From Candidatus Bathyarchaeota archaeon (GTDB lineage Archaea; Thermoproteota; Bathyarchaeia; 40CM-2-53-6): a DNA stretch of 64,000 bases. Of the stretch, positions 22,056 through 31,165 are shown one piece after another. The notes below the pieces were generated by a model. That model saw nothing but the letters and a program-made list of their open reading frames with translations, had not been told where the DNA came from and did no database searches. Within the stretch, counting starts at the first letter, position 1; each line of letters opens with the position of its first letter. Both the position numbers and the translations under genes were made by a program. The stretch lies in NCBI GenBank assembly GCA_963733055.1, contig CAVTBR010000001.1, positions 544,001 through 608,000 on the forward strand. The letters are read 5' to 3'.

Positions 22056-22765
22056 ATGGTTAAAGTCTCAGAAGGCAATTCGTTTCTACTTCAGCTTTTG
22101 CGGCTGGCGGCTTCGTTCTAGGATACGCAACCAATAGCCTAGTTCTATCACAAACCCTTCCCCCCTCCGGACCTGTCGTCACCACACCCGACGACGCTTT
22201 GAACGCTCTAATGGCTGGAAACACGCGTTACGCGCAGGGTGCTCCAATTCATCCGAATCAATCTGCCGAACGGCAGGCCGAAGTTGCTCAGGGCCAACAT
22301 CCATGGGCCGCAATCCTTGGATGCATAGACTCTCGCGTGCCCCCCGAACTTGTCTTCGATCAGGGATTAGGGGACCTCTACGTCGCTCGAACCGCTGGCC
22401 AAGTGATCGATAACGTCGTCATAGGCAGTCTTGAGTACGCAGTCGAGCATGGAGCGAAGCTAATGATGGTATTGGGCCATCAAAGCTGCGGCGCCGTAAT
22501 TGCAACTATCGAAGTTCTTCAGAGCAATGGTCACGCGGATGGGCAGATCGAGACGCTAGTTGAAGCTATCAAACCAGCAGTGATGGAAGCTCAGTCGGAA
22601 TCGGGCGACCTGATTGACAATTCGATCCGGGCAAACGTTATGTTGGAAGCCGCATACCTCCAATCATCGAGTCAAATAATATCCCACGCCCTAGAGAACG
22701 GCGAAATCAAATTGGTTGGAGCGTATTACGACTTACACAACGGCACGGTAACCATCATAACCTAA
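22056..22765 (+). CDS. Beta-carbonic anhydrase with Tat signal peptide (one base missing near 22069)
   Basis: CIDSRV and HQSCG Zn motifs. The frame is open upstream of 22199 to RRQFVSTSAFAAGGFVLG, and ATG 22056 gives MVKVSRRQF if one base is restored. Confidence 0.82.
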
Positions 22766-22840
22766 CCGCTAACCTTCCAGCTGACCTAAGACTCTAAAAT
22801 CAAAAAACAGGTGAACGAACCGACATCGGGTCAGGCAGCC

Positions 22841-22921
22841 TTATGCTACCATTTCCTCTTGTCTAACGTTCTTGTCGTGCTCCTTACCTAAACTCATCTT
22901 AACTTTGCGTTTCTTCGCCAT
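22841..22921 (-). CDS. Putative 26-aa peptide MAKKRKVKMSLGKEHDKNVRQEEMVA
   Basis: GGAGGTGA Shine-Dalgarno 6 nt before ATG, TATATA upstream, T6 tract downstream. Confidence 0.45.
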   Translation of the reverse strand: MAKKRKVKMSLGKEHDKNVRQEEMVA

Positions 22922-23065
22922 CTCAACTCACCTCCAACAAATCCTACTGAAAGAGGACTGCGTCTAACCGAGTATATAGCGTGGCTTGGAGAAGACGTCT
23001 CCGTCGGAGAAGGTTCCGCATTTCCACTTGAGCGACCAACTCCACCCTCCATGCGGGTATGGACG

Positions 23066-23344
23066 CTAAGCGGAGTGTCTATCCATGTAACGATCAGCAA
23101 CCCGCCTGGCTCTTTCATATGCACCAATCCAATCCCTCGGTCCTTTGGCACAGCCCATTCCAACGAGCTTTCCCCTCAAATCATCGCTCGAAATCGGATT
23201 GGTTTCAAATGCGAGAACCGCATAACAACGATTTGGCCGAGCAGCGAAAATATCAATCATAACATACTTGCTCGTCGCTCGTTTTTTCCAAAGGAAAGGC
23301 TTGCCATTAATCCCCTTGTCTACAACTCGCCATGCTCTTGTCAA
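23066..23344 (-). CDS. Hypothetical protein (92 aa)
   Basis: Protein-like composition, co-oriented with its neighbours. No recognisable motif. Confidence 0.4.
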   Translation of the reverse strand: MTRAWRVVDKGINGKPFLWKKRATSKYVMIDIFAARPNRCYAVLAFETNPISSDDLRGKLVGMGCAKGPRDWIGAYERARRVADRYMDRHSA

Positions 23345-23430
23345 AATTCAATCACAGCTTGTCAGGTGAGTCCAGGGTAGAGCGCTTGATAATGAACATG
23401 GAAGATAACCATCTTTGTACGCAGATTCTA

Positions 23431-24666
23431 TCAGGCGTCGGTGATTGGAGCCTCTCTCAGGTTAGGCTGAAGCTTCACAATCCTTAGACTGATGATCTCT
23501 GTTTTTCGGCTTGAGATGCTGTCGATCACTTGGTTGGTTGGATATGTGTCAATTTGAATGTGTGCCACCGCTGCGTTCGCCCCTTCGAAATTTACATTAT
23601 GAACTTCGTGTACGCTGATTTTTGATTCTCTAAGGTCCGTTAGAATTCTGGTAAGCACGCCGATTCTGTCGTAGTGGCGAATTATTAGTTCGTATAGTGC
23701 TGAAGTTCCCTGTGCGAAGTTCACGCAGTTCTCCACATCCCCAGTCCTTAGGTAGTGTTCGATTATTCGGATTGTTTCGTCCGCGGTTGCTCTTTGCGCT
23801 TGCATTGTTGAGGCTCCAATGTGGTGAGTCCCCACCCAGTTTGGTACGCCCGCCAACACGTCAACGAAATTCCCCTGCCCCTCCTTAGGTTCTGTTTCGA
23901 AGACATCAAGGCCGGCTCGGATTCGGCCGTTTTTGAGAGCTTCGGCCAATGCGACAGTATCGATGACGGCGCCCCTAGATGTGTTGACAATTATGGTTCC
24001 TTGCTTCATTCGCGCGATTAGTTTGGCTGAGATTAGGTGTTTCGTTTCGGGGGTGAGGGCGACGTGCAGGGAGATTATGTCGGATCTTTCTATGAGTTCA
24101 TCGATTGAGGATGCGCGGGTGATGCCGAGTTTAGCTGCTTTTTTGTCTGTGAGGCTTCGGGACCATGCGACCACGTGCATGTCAAAAGACTTGGCGCGTT
24201 TGATTACTTCACGCCCGATGGAACCCACCCCCACGACTCCGAAGACTCTTCTCTTGAGACCGTCTGCGTGCTGGAAGACGGACTTGTTCCATTTTCGTTC
24301 CTGCAAAGCCGCGTTCTGCTCGGGGATTCTTCGATCGACCGCAAGTAATAGGCCAAAGGTGAGTTCGGCCACCGCGGCCGCGTTCTTGTCAGGACAATTG
24401 GTTACGTAAACTCCCCTTGCCGAAGCCGCGGCCATATCGACATTTTCTGTCCCCGCTCCGGCCCTCACAATAAGTTCGAGGTCTTCTCCCGCTTCAATCG
24501 CCTGCGCTCGAACCCTCGTCCCTCTTACAACCAGAATCTTGACCCCTTTTATGCGATCCACCACCGAGTCCTCCGTCAAATCGGGGTCGTATTCAACCTC
24601 ACCCACAATCTTGCGCAATGTATCAACGTGTGATGGTGGGAGCGTATCAGCGATTAAGAGCTTCAA
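23431..24666 (-). CDS. D-3-phosphoglycerate dehydrogenase-like 2-hydroxyacid dehydrogenase with ACT domain
   Basis: RAGAG, GVVGVGSIG, NTSRG, LDVFETEP, HHIGAST, C-terminal HYDRIGVL ACT domain. Confidence 0.85.
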   Translation of the reverse strand: MKLLIADTLPPSHVDTLRKIVGEVEYDPDLTEDSVVDRIKGVKILVVRGTRVRAQAIEAGEDLELIVRAGAGTENVDMAAASARGVYVTNCPDKNAAAVAELTFGLLLAVDRRIPEQNAALQERKWNKSVFQHADGLKRRVFGVVGVGSIGREVIKRAKSFDMHVVAWSRSLTDKKAAKLGITRASSIDELIERSDIISLHVALTPETKHLISAKLIARMKQGTIIVNTSRGAVIDTVALAEALKNGRIRAGLDVFETEPKEGQGNFVDVLAGVPNWVGTHHIGASTMQAQRATADETIRIIEHYLRTGDVENCVNFAQGTSALYELIIRHYDRIGVLTRILTDLRESKISVHEVHNVNFEGANAAVAHIQIDTYPTNQVIDSISSRKTEIISLRIVKLQPNLREAPITDA

Positions 24667-24694
24667 ACCGAAGCCTCAGAAGAGTTCTCGTGTC

Positions 24695-25657
24695 CTAGTT
24701 ACTTAGTCCTTGCGACTTTGCGTCTTCGTGCCCTTTGGTCGGGGGCTTCCAAAAATCAAGTAAATATTCGAACGTTGTTCCCATAGTGATGTAGTTGGAC
24801 GGCCAACCAAATATTCCGACTTTGTTCACTATGTTCGTTCTGTCCCAAATGATCGTATTACGTAACTCGTAACCTACTTCGATAAGGGATCGGTAAATGT
24901 TGATGTGGATTGGAATCCTCTTTCCGTACCTCTCGTTTTTCCACCACATATCTGGAACATTGATAATAGCGTGGCCGCGCGGCTTTAGCAGAGGAAGAAG
25001 TTTTGCATAGATCTCCTTCACTTCTTCCGAATAGCGTTCGACCTCAAGCGTTCCTAGGTCTCTTGGATCTTGACTGTACTGCTCAACCTTTAGGAACTGC
25101 TTGTTTCGCCTAGAGTCGCCGCGTCTACTCTTGTTGAGTCGGGCTCGGTTTAGGAGGTTTGCGTAGGGGGGCGAGGTGAAAATTAGGCTAAATGATTCGG
25201 GTTCCAAATATCGCGAAATGCTTCTAGCGTCGTCACAGACCACTATCTGTTTTGTACCGCTGTCGAACTTGTTCTTAGCGAGGCGTTGCTCAGCTACGTG
25301 ACAGTATGCGGGAGATATGTCGAAACCGACACCGTTTCTTTCAAGGTCACCGCAGGCAACGAGAGTTGTCCCGATCCCATCGAACGGATCTAGAACCAAC
25401 TCCCCCCTATGCGTATACAGCTCGATGACCTTCCGAGCGAGACCGATTGGCATTACGGCCGGATGGATTTCTTTGTCTCGGACATCACGCCCTTCGTAGA
25501 AAACTTCCCAGACGCCTATCTGAGCCTTAATCCATTCCTTCGCTGTCATACAGTTGAGATGATTCTCAGGGCAGTTGCACAGCCTCCGACCCGAAACGTC
25601 GAGTTTCTTAGCAACCTGCACAGAACAACCCTTGCTGCATGACCCGAGTTCACTCAT
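24695..25657 (-). CDS. Orphan amino-DNA methyltransferase (SPPY, likely N4-cytosine)
   Basis: HPAVMP, DPFDGIGTT (motif I), TSPPY (motif IV), RNTIIW. No adjacent endonuclease. Confidence 0.8.
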   Translation of the reverse strand: MSELGSCSKGCSVQVAKKLDVSGRRLCNCPENHLNCMTAKEWIKAQIGVWEVFYEGRDVRDKEIHPAVMPIGLARKVIELYTHRGELVLDPFDGIGTTLVACGDLERNGVGFDISPAYCHVAEQRLAKNKFDSGTKQIVVCDDARSISRYLEPESFSLIFTSPPYANLLNRARLNKSRRGDSRRNKQFLKVEQYSQDPRDLGTLEVERYSEEVKEIYAKLLPLLKPRGHAIINVPDMWWKNERYGKRIPIHINIYRSLIEVGYELRNTIIWDRTNIVNKVGIFGWPSNYITMGTTFEYLLDFWKPPTKGHEDAKSQGLSN

Positions 25658-25691
25658 ATTAATCTCGAAGATGAGATTACGAGTTGGGATT

Positions 25692-26018
25692 CTAATATCG
25701 TCGAGTCGCGGGGTCTATCTCGATTGCCCACTGATCGATGCCCCCTTTGAGGTTCTTCACTTTCTTGAACCCACGCTGACGAAGGAGGTTGACCACCCAT
25801 GCACTTCTTTCTCCAACGTGGCAGTAGAAAACGTACTCGTTCTCTGGGTTAAGATCGTTCACACCCCTCCAAAATTGGCTCAGGGGAATCAACGTGCTCC
25901 CTTCTATGTGGCAGAAATCGTATTCGTATTGTTCCCTCACGTCAACTAAGCGTATCTGGGTTTCGCTGTCGAGTAAGCGTTTGAGTTCTTTGACGGTAAT
26001 CTCAAACTCCTCTTCCAT
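25692..26018 (-). CDS. Single-domain rhodanese (sulfurtransferase)
   Basis: LVDVRE, YCHVGERS active-site loop, NLKGGIDQW. Start placed at MEEEF. Confidence 0.88.
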   Translation of the reverse strand: MEEEFEITVKELKRLLDSETQIRLVDVREQYEYDFCHIEGSTLIPLSQFWRGVNDLNPENEYVFYCHVGERSAWVVNLLRQRGFKKVKNLKGGIDQWAIEIDPATRRY

Positions 26019-26040
26019 TCGGGTTTTCCTCTGCTGGTAC

Positions 26041-26355
26041 CTAGGCACCCGTCCATTGGAAGAACACTATATCATCGCCCTCGCTGAGGGCTTCGTCAAA
26101 GTTCCGTATTGGCGTAGGTAGCTTACCATTGATGCTCAGAGTGTACAGCCTTCTTATGGTGTCTTTTAGTCCCTCCCTCGTCCTCTTTCTGTAGGTTGAA
26201 CCGAATTCTTCTTCAAGTTTGTCGATGAGATCGCCTACAGTACTTCCGCTATTCAGACTAACAAGCGCAGATTTCCCCATTACCTCTCCTAGCGTCGACA
26301 CTCCGGTAACTCTGATATGAATGATCGAGGGGTTATCCATTGAACAAACCACCAA
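26041..26355 (-). CDS. MoaD/ThiS/SAMP-like ubiquitin-fold protein ending in -TGA
   Basis: GSTVGDLIDKL, LSING, LSEGDDIVFF beta-grasp motifs. C-terminus is GA, not GG. Confidence 0.72.
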   Translation of the reverse strand: MVVCSMDNPSIIHIRVTGVSTLGEVMGKSALVSLNSGSTVGDLIDKLEEEFGSTYRKRTREGLKDTIRRLYTLSINGKLPTPIRNFDEALSEGDDIVFFQWTGA

Positions 26356-26451
26356 GTCCGCAATGAGTATCTACTCGGAGAACTGGCATTAGACATTTTT
26401 CTCGACTCGCATCCCAACGTACGAAACAAAGTAGTAACTATGCATTAGTTG

Positions 26452-26595
26452 TGGCGGGTCCGGAGGGATTTGAACCTTGCCGGCCACCTTGCTATGTTTT
26501 GTGGCTCTCGACCTTCGGGTATCCCCAAGTCGGTTAAGAGCTTCGGCCAAAGCTGAAATTTCGTCCGCCGCTCTACCTGGCTGAGCTACGGACCC
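26452..26595 (-). tRNA. tRNA-Lys(CUU) with three introns (30/31, 37/38, 51/52) and encoded CCA
   Basis: Removing 26564-26542 (23 nt), 26534-26521 (14 nt) and 26506-26477 (30 nt) gives a 77-nt cloverleaf GGGTCCG...CTCTTAA...GGTTCAAATCC...CGGACCCGCCA. BHB motifs flank the introns. Confidence 0.9.
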
Positions 26596-26670
26596 GCTGA
26601 AAGCCTGTGAAAGTTTGCTCGCGAATTAAAGTATTCTTGGCGACTAGTGACGGCGAGGACAAGTTGAGCC

Positions 26671-27493
26671 ATGGGGCAGTTAATCTTCATAGGTTTAGGA
26701 CTTTACGATGAACAAGGCCTCTCGTTGCGCGGTCAAGCAGAAGCGAGAGCGTGTGATCGAGTTTTCTTGGAACTCTACACCAGTGTCATGCCTGGGTTTA
26801 GAATTGAAGAGCTGGTAAGAGTTATCGGCAAACCCGTTGAAATTCTCTCCCGCGAGGACGTCGAGGAAAAAGCTGAAGAAAAGATCCTCTCTAAAGCCAA
26901 GGCGGAAAAGGTTGCGTTTCTCGTCTCCGGCGACCCGATGGTTGCCACAACTCACGTTGACTTACGCCTGCGGGCTCACAGGGCTGGGATTCAAACTCGA
27001 ATCATCCACGGAGCCTCGGTAGGTTCGGCGGCCAGCGGGGGTGACTGGTCTGCAGTCCTACAAGTTCGGCAGGACCATCACCGTCCCTGTCATGGCGGGG
27101 GAGGCTCTCCCTGAGAGCGTGCACGCGGCTCTCAGGGGGAATATGGAGGCAGGTTTACACTCCCTCGTACTTCTCGAGGTGAACGTTGAGACTAAACAGC
27201 ACGTTACAATTCCTAAAGCGCTCGAGGGGTTACTATCCCTCGCAGCCCACCACCACAACCACCACCCCACCCCCAACCCTGTCTTGAGTCCGGAAACGTT
27301 GGCTGTGGGCATAGCCAGGTTGGAAGCACCAGACATGATCGTTCACGCCTCAACCATCTCCGAACTGATGCGGTTTGATTTCGGCAAACCTCCGCACTGC
27401 CTCATCTTCCCAAGCACCCTACACTTCGTTGAAGCAGAAGCGCTACAGGTGTTCTGTGGCGCCCGAAAAGAGTTGGTGAATCAAGAACATTGA
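26671..27493 (+). CDS. dph5: Diphthine synthase (extra G in G5 run 27037-27041)
   Basis: LIFIGLGL, ELYTS, GDPMVATTH, IIHGAS, TGLQSYKFG, GLHSLVLL, PPHCLIFP, LHFVEAEAL. Confidence 0.92.
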
Positions 27494-27768
27494 GTTCAAT
27501 CAATGAGGATCCAGCTAGCAGGGCCCGTAGGTATATTGAGAATCTTACGGCGGAGTTCGAGAAAATCTCCACAACGAAGACCGCCACCCTCGCCACAACA
27601 GCGAACATTGACAGAGTCACCGATGCCGTTCGGCGGTACCTGCAAGACGCACGCCACTACCTAGGCCAAGGACGTGCGACCACTTCCCTCGCGTCAGTCG
27701 CTTACGCTGAAGGTTTGCTCGATGCGCTGAAATTTCTAGAGTTGACGCAACCTCGAATTGAGCAGTAA
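27490..27768 (+). CDS. DUF357 protein
   Basis: RYLQDARHYL...SVAYAEGLLDAL. Adjacent to dph5. Confidence 0.8.
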   Translation: MSSINEDPASRARRYIENLTAEFEKISTTKTATLATTANIDRVTDAVRRYLQDARHYLGQGRATTSLASVAYAEGLLDALKFLELTQPRIEQ

Positions 27769-28459
27769 GGCATTTAGTGATGAGAATGCCTTTCTCAGAA
27801 AGAACGAAAAACCGTCCAGTGGGTTAAGAATGGACCTAGACGACAGAACTCTCATCAAAACCGCGTACCTCCTACAACTCCAGCACGGCCCCTTCACCGC
27901 AAAGACCTTCCGCGACACCATCAAACACGACACCCTTGCGGATCTAATATCCTCAAAATATCTGCTACAGCACCGGAACGGTTCTGAAACTCGCTACACG
28001 TTATCCGAAGAAGGCCGCAAGCTAATCAAAGTCGTGTTGGCGGGTGGCGTATATGATGTTCTTCACGTAGGGCACTTGGCGGCACTCACGGAGGCGAAGT
28101 CGCTCGGTGATGTTCTTGTCGTGGTTGTTGCTACTGACATTACGGTCGAGACGTTGAAGGGGCGGAAACCGGTGGTGCCGGAAGAGGATCGGCGTGCTCT
28201 TGTCGAGGGGCTGAAACCCGTGGACGTAGCCATCTTGGGGTACGAAGATGTTGGCTTCGGCTTTGAACAAGTCTTAGGTGAGGTGAAACCGGATATGGTA
28301 GCCTTTGGCTACGATCAGGAAAATCTGGAAAAGACGGTTGTTGAAATTATTCAGCGGCATCGGTTGGGGATTAAGGTGGTTAGGTTGTCGCGGTTTGACA
28401 ATGAGAAGTATGCGAGTTCTAGTTTGTTGAGGCAGAAGCTTTCTGAGGAACTGAGCTAA
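27758..28459 (+). CDS. ribL: FAD synthase (cytidylyltransferase fold) with N-terminal winged-helix-like extension
   Basis: GGVYDVLHVGH, LVVVVATD, LKPVD, FGYDQ, SSS. The N-terminal segment ends YTLSEEGRK. The start may be ATG 27830. Confidence 0.78.
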   Translation: MSSKAFSDENAFLRKNEKPSSGLRMDLDDRTLIKTAYLLQLQHGPFTAKTFRDTIKHDTLADLISSKYLLQHRNGSETRYTLSEEGRKLIKVVLAGGVYDVLHVGHLAALTEAKSLGDVLVVVVATDITVETLKGRKPVVPEEDRRALVEGLKPVDVAILGYEDVGFGFEQVLGEVKPDMVAFGYDQENLEKTVVEIIQRHRLGIKVVRLSRFDNEKYASSSLLRQKLSEELS

Positions 28460-29132
28460 ACGCCCTCACCTTCACAGCGTCCCCGTCCTTAATTCGAAGC
28501 GCCTTCCTCAAATACTCACTTGAAATAATCTCAACCACATCACCCTGGTAGTGCGTTCGGACGGGGGAGATTAGGGCGCAGGGAATTTTGTCCGCGACCC
28601 TTCCATGAAAACACTTAGCGGGGCCAAAACTCCTGTTGCCATCCGTAAATCCCTCGATAAGTATGAAAGGCGAGGCCTCAAGCATCCGCACTTCCTCCTG
28701 GTACTCTTTCCGCACTCTAAGGTTCAAGGTGCCGGGGTAGGGTTCGAAACCTAGCTTCGCAACAAACTGCTTCCTGTACCCCTCTTGGTTCACGTAATAA
28801 GCCCCCTCTCCGAGACCAGAGAACAGAGTCCCTTCAAAGACCAGTTCAGTCTTCTTCATCTCAAACGCCCGTTTGAGCGTCAGGAACATGTTATCGAGAT
28901 GCTTGACACCGGTCGGCGTGATTTTTATTGATTCACGGCGGCCCAGCCTTACTCTGTGAATGAGCCCCATCTTCTCCAGTTCGATAAGGTGCCGGGATGC
29001 TGTTTGCTGGGACACGCTTAGAAGTTTCGCGAGTTCGGTGGTGGTGAAGATTACTTCATCCGGGTAAGCGCCTACCTCTATGAGCTTGTAGAGGGTTATG
29101 AGGAGGCTTGGTTTGATTTCTTGATTCGCCAT
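28419..29132 (-). CDS. ribK: CTP-dependent riboflavin kinase with N-terminal HTH (RbkR-type)
   Basis: SQQTASR HTH, SGLGEGAYY, LGFEPYPGTLN, RTHY, EIISSEYLR. Confidence 0.92.
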   Translation of the reverse strand: MANQEIKPSLLITLYKLIEVGAYPDEVIFTTTELAKLLSVSQQTASRHLIELEKMGLIHRVRLGRRESIKITPTGVKHLDNMFLTLKRAFEMKKTELVFEGTLFSGLGEGAYYVNQEGYRKQFVAKLGFEPYPGTLNLRVRKEYQEEVRMLEASPFILIEGFTDGNRSFGPAKCFHGRVADKIPCALISPVRTHYQGDVVEIISSEYLRKALRIKDGDAVKVRAFSSVPQKASASTN

Positions 29133-29760
29133 TTTTCCTTCGTTACCTCTTCATGAGCTAACCTGATCGGGACCGGACCATGTGATGTGAGGCAGTGCTT
29201 GACAAGCTTAACCACGTCTTTCAAGGATATCTTGTGCCCCACACTGACATAGATGGTCTTCCCACTCCCCGGCAGAACCATACTCTCAGCTATCAGGCGA
29301 CCACGCTCATCCAACACACGATTCCCTTCCACTGAACCATAAAGTAGATTCTTCGCCACACCAATGGTAGGGCGGTCCAGAGCTAGGCCAACGAAACAGG
29401 CTAAACCAAACTTCCTCGGGTGAGCGCACCCATGAGCATCCACCATGCACACGAAGGAGCTAGCCCTCAGGTTGTGAATGGCTCGGAGCACCAGGGCCCT
29501 TCCCTGAACGCGAGAAGCCCTGGGATGTATGGGAACCTGGTGCGCTCCTTGATGGTTTTGATTCTTAGAGGTTGGAGGGTGTTGTAATCCGTCAGCACCG
29601 CTGCGGCTACGGTTGTTCCGTTGAAGTAGGTTGCGTCACAGCCGACCAGAGAAGTCAGTTTTGTTGGAAGGTCGCTTGTTTCTTCGACCTGTGGCGCAAG
29701 CCTTTCTTGCATTGCCGCTGCTTTTTTCGGGGAAATTTCCTTCGGTATCCTAATTCGCAT
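29096..29760 (-). CDS. nfi: Endonuclease V (one base missing near 29495)
   Basis: GCDATY, FPYIPGLLAFRE, VDAHGCAHPRKFGLA, IGVAK, IYVSVGH. Confidence 0.9.
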
Positions 29761-30445
29761 GTCGGCCGCTTTTTAGTTGCTTGGAATTAGCCCCGAGCTT
29801 CCGTTCTACACTTCTCAGTGCACGTTCCAATGAGACTCGGCGAAGATCGGTTGCTACGTCGCCGCGGGTGGATTCCAAGATTCTTCGGGACGCGTCAAGT
29901 TTGTGGCGAAAGTTTGGAAGAATCGAGGTTCGGTCCAAGGACATGAGGTCTTCGTAGAGGCCTTCCATGGTTGAGAGGAGCTTCTGCGCTTCCTCGGCTT
30001 CCCCCCGCCGCAACGAGTCCAGAATCAGCCTCCGCATCTCCCCAATGAAGTCGAGCATGCCGAGGAGGTAGGCTGTGCTGCCCGTCCCAACCTCCTTCAA
30101 GGAAGCAATCGCCCCGCTTTTCTTCAGTTGAAAGAGAAGTTTGGCTTCTGCGTATTCTTGGAAGGCAACAAGCACCTGCCCGAATTGTGGGAGTTCGGAG
30201 TGTGCGGAGAGGAGAGTTTGAAGGTCGTCGAGGGATTGCTTGGCTTCGGTTATTGTCTTACTCGCTTGCGATAGGTTTCCGCGGTGAACCTGTATGATTG
30301 CCCAGCTGCACAACCTCGTTGTGCTTCTGGTTAGGGTCTGGAGTTCTTCCCGTGCCTTGTCGTAGGATAATAGTTCCGCTTGAATTTGGTGCATGTCGGC
30401 CTTTGACAGCATAAGCGTTCGCTGCGCGCTAGCGGAATCCTGCAA
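29750..30445 (-). CDS. Translin/Trax-family protein
   Basis: DKAREEL...R, QEYAEA, YLLGMLDFIGEMRR, FRHKLD. Confidence 0.85.
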   Translation of the reverse strand: MQDSASAQRTLMLSKADMHQIQAELLSYDKAREELQTLTRSTTRLCSWAIIQVHRGNLSQASKTITEAKQSLDDLQTLLSAHSELPQFGQVLVAFQEYAEAKLLFQLKKSGAIASLKEVGTGSTAYLLGMLDFIGEMRRLILDSLRRGEAEEAQKLLSTMEGLYEDLMSLDRTSILPNFRHKLDASRRILESTRGDVATDLRRVSLERALRSVERKLGANSKQLKSGRHAN

Positions 30446-30466
30446 TTAAACGGATAGAAACCGGGT

Positions 30467-31082
30467 CTACTTCAGGGACGCTTCGTGTTCTTCGCGTATT
30501 CCGCTGCTGGTTATGATGAGCATGTCGAGTCCTTCCCCGCTGCCGATGTCTCTCGCTGAGGCGGCTTTCACGGCCTTACGAACCAAGCCTTTGGCGTCTT
30601 CAACCGCCATGCCTTCTTTGAAGTCTGTTTCGAGGAGACCCATTGCAATCTCCGACCCCGAGCCGATCGCGGTGAACTTGTCCTCAATCACTGAACCTAA
30701 GGGGTCTAAGACGAATAATCTCGGCCCGGCTTCGTCCATGCCGCCGACGATCGTTTGTGCGATGTATGGGAAGTATCGGCGTTCGAAGAGCATGCTGCCC
30801 ATCAGTTTGGCCGACGGTTCGGACGGTGATGCTTTGCTCACGCTCGAACGAGTATAGGTTTAGGTAGGCTCCGACTTCGCGTGTGAGGATTTGCATGTCG
30901 GCTACTATGCCGGCGCAAGCGGCGCCTATTTTATCAGCGATCTTGAAAACCTTCTTTCCACTCTTGCTCATGACGAAGTAACCGTACGTGACTCTGCGTT
31001 CGGCGGCGAGGATCACGCCGTCCTTACAAACTACGCCGACGGTTGTCGCGCCGGGTAAGTAGTATTCGCTCAATTGATACAC
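30467..31082 (-). CDS. psmB: Second proteasome beta subunit, probably non-catalytic (one extra base near 30813)
   Basis: LPGATTVG (Ala where the paralog has Thr1), AERRVT, LDPLGS, GSGS, RDIGSG. Confidence 0.87.
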
Positions 31083-31165
31083 CCAATTGACGAAAACCGT
31101 CGCAGACGCTCTAATAAGGGCTTAGTACTCCAAAACCCAGTCACAGACATATCAGAGGAAAAACC

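Noticed and set aside
24695-26595. Integrated element at tRNA-Lys carrying the methyltransferase
   Set aside because: No integrase and no duplicated tRNA 3' end (att site) noticed in the window.
27030-27045. Programmed frameshifting or phase variation at the dph5 G5 run and similar sites
   Set aside because: The runs are short, there is no shared slippery motif or stimulator, and shifts go in both directions. Sequencing error is more parsimonious.
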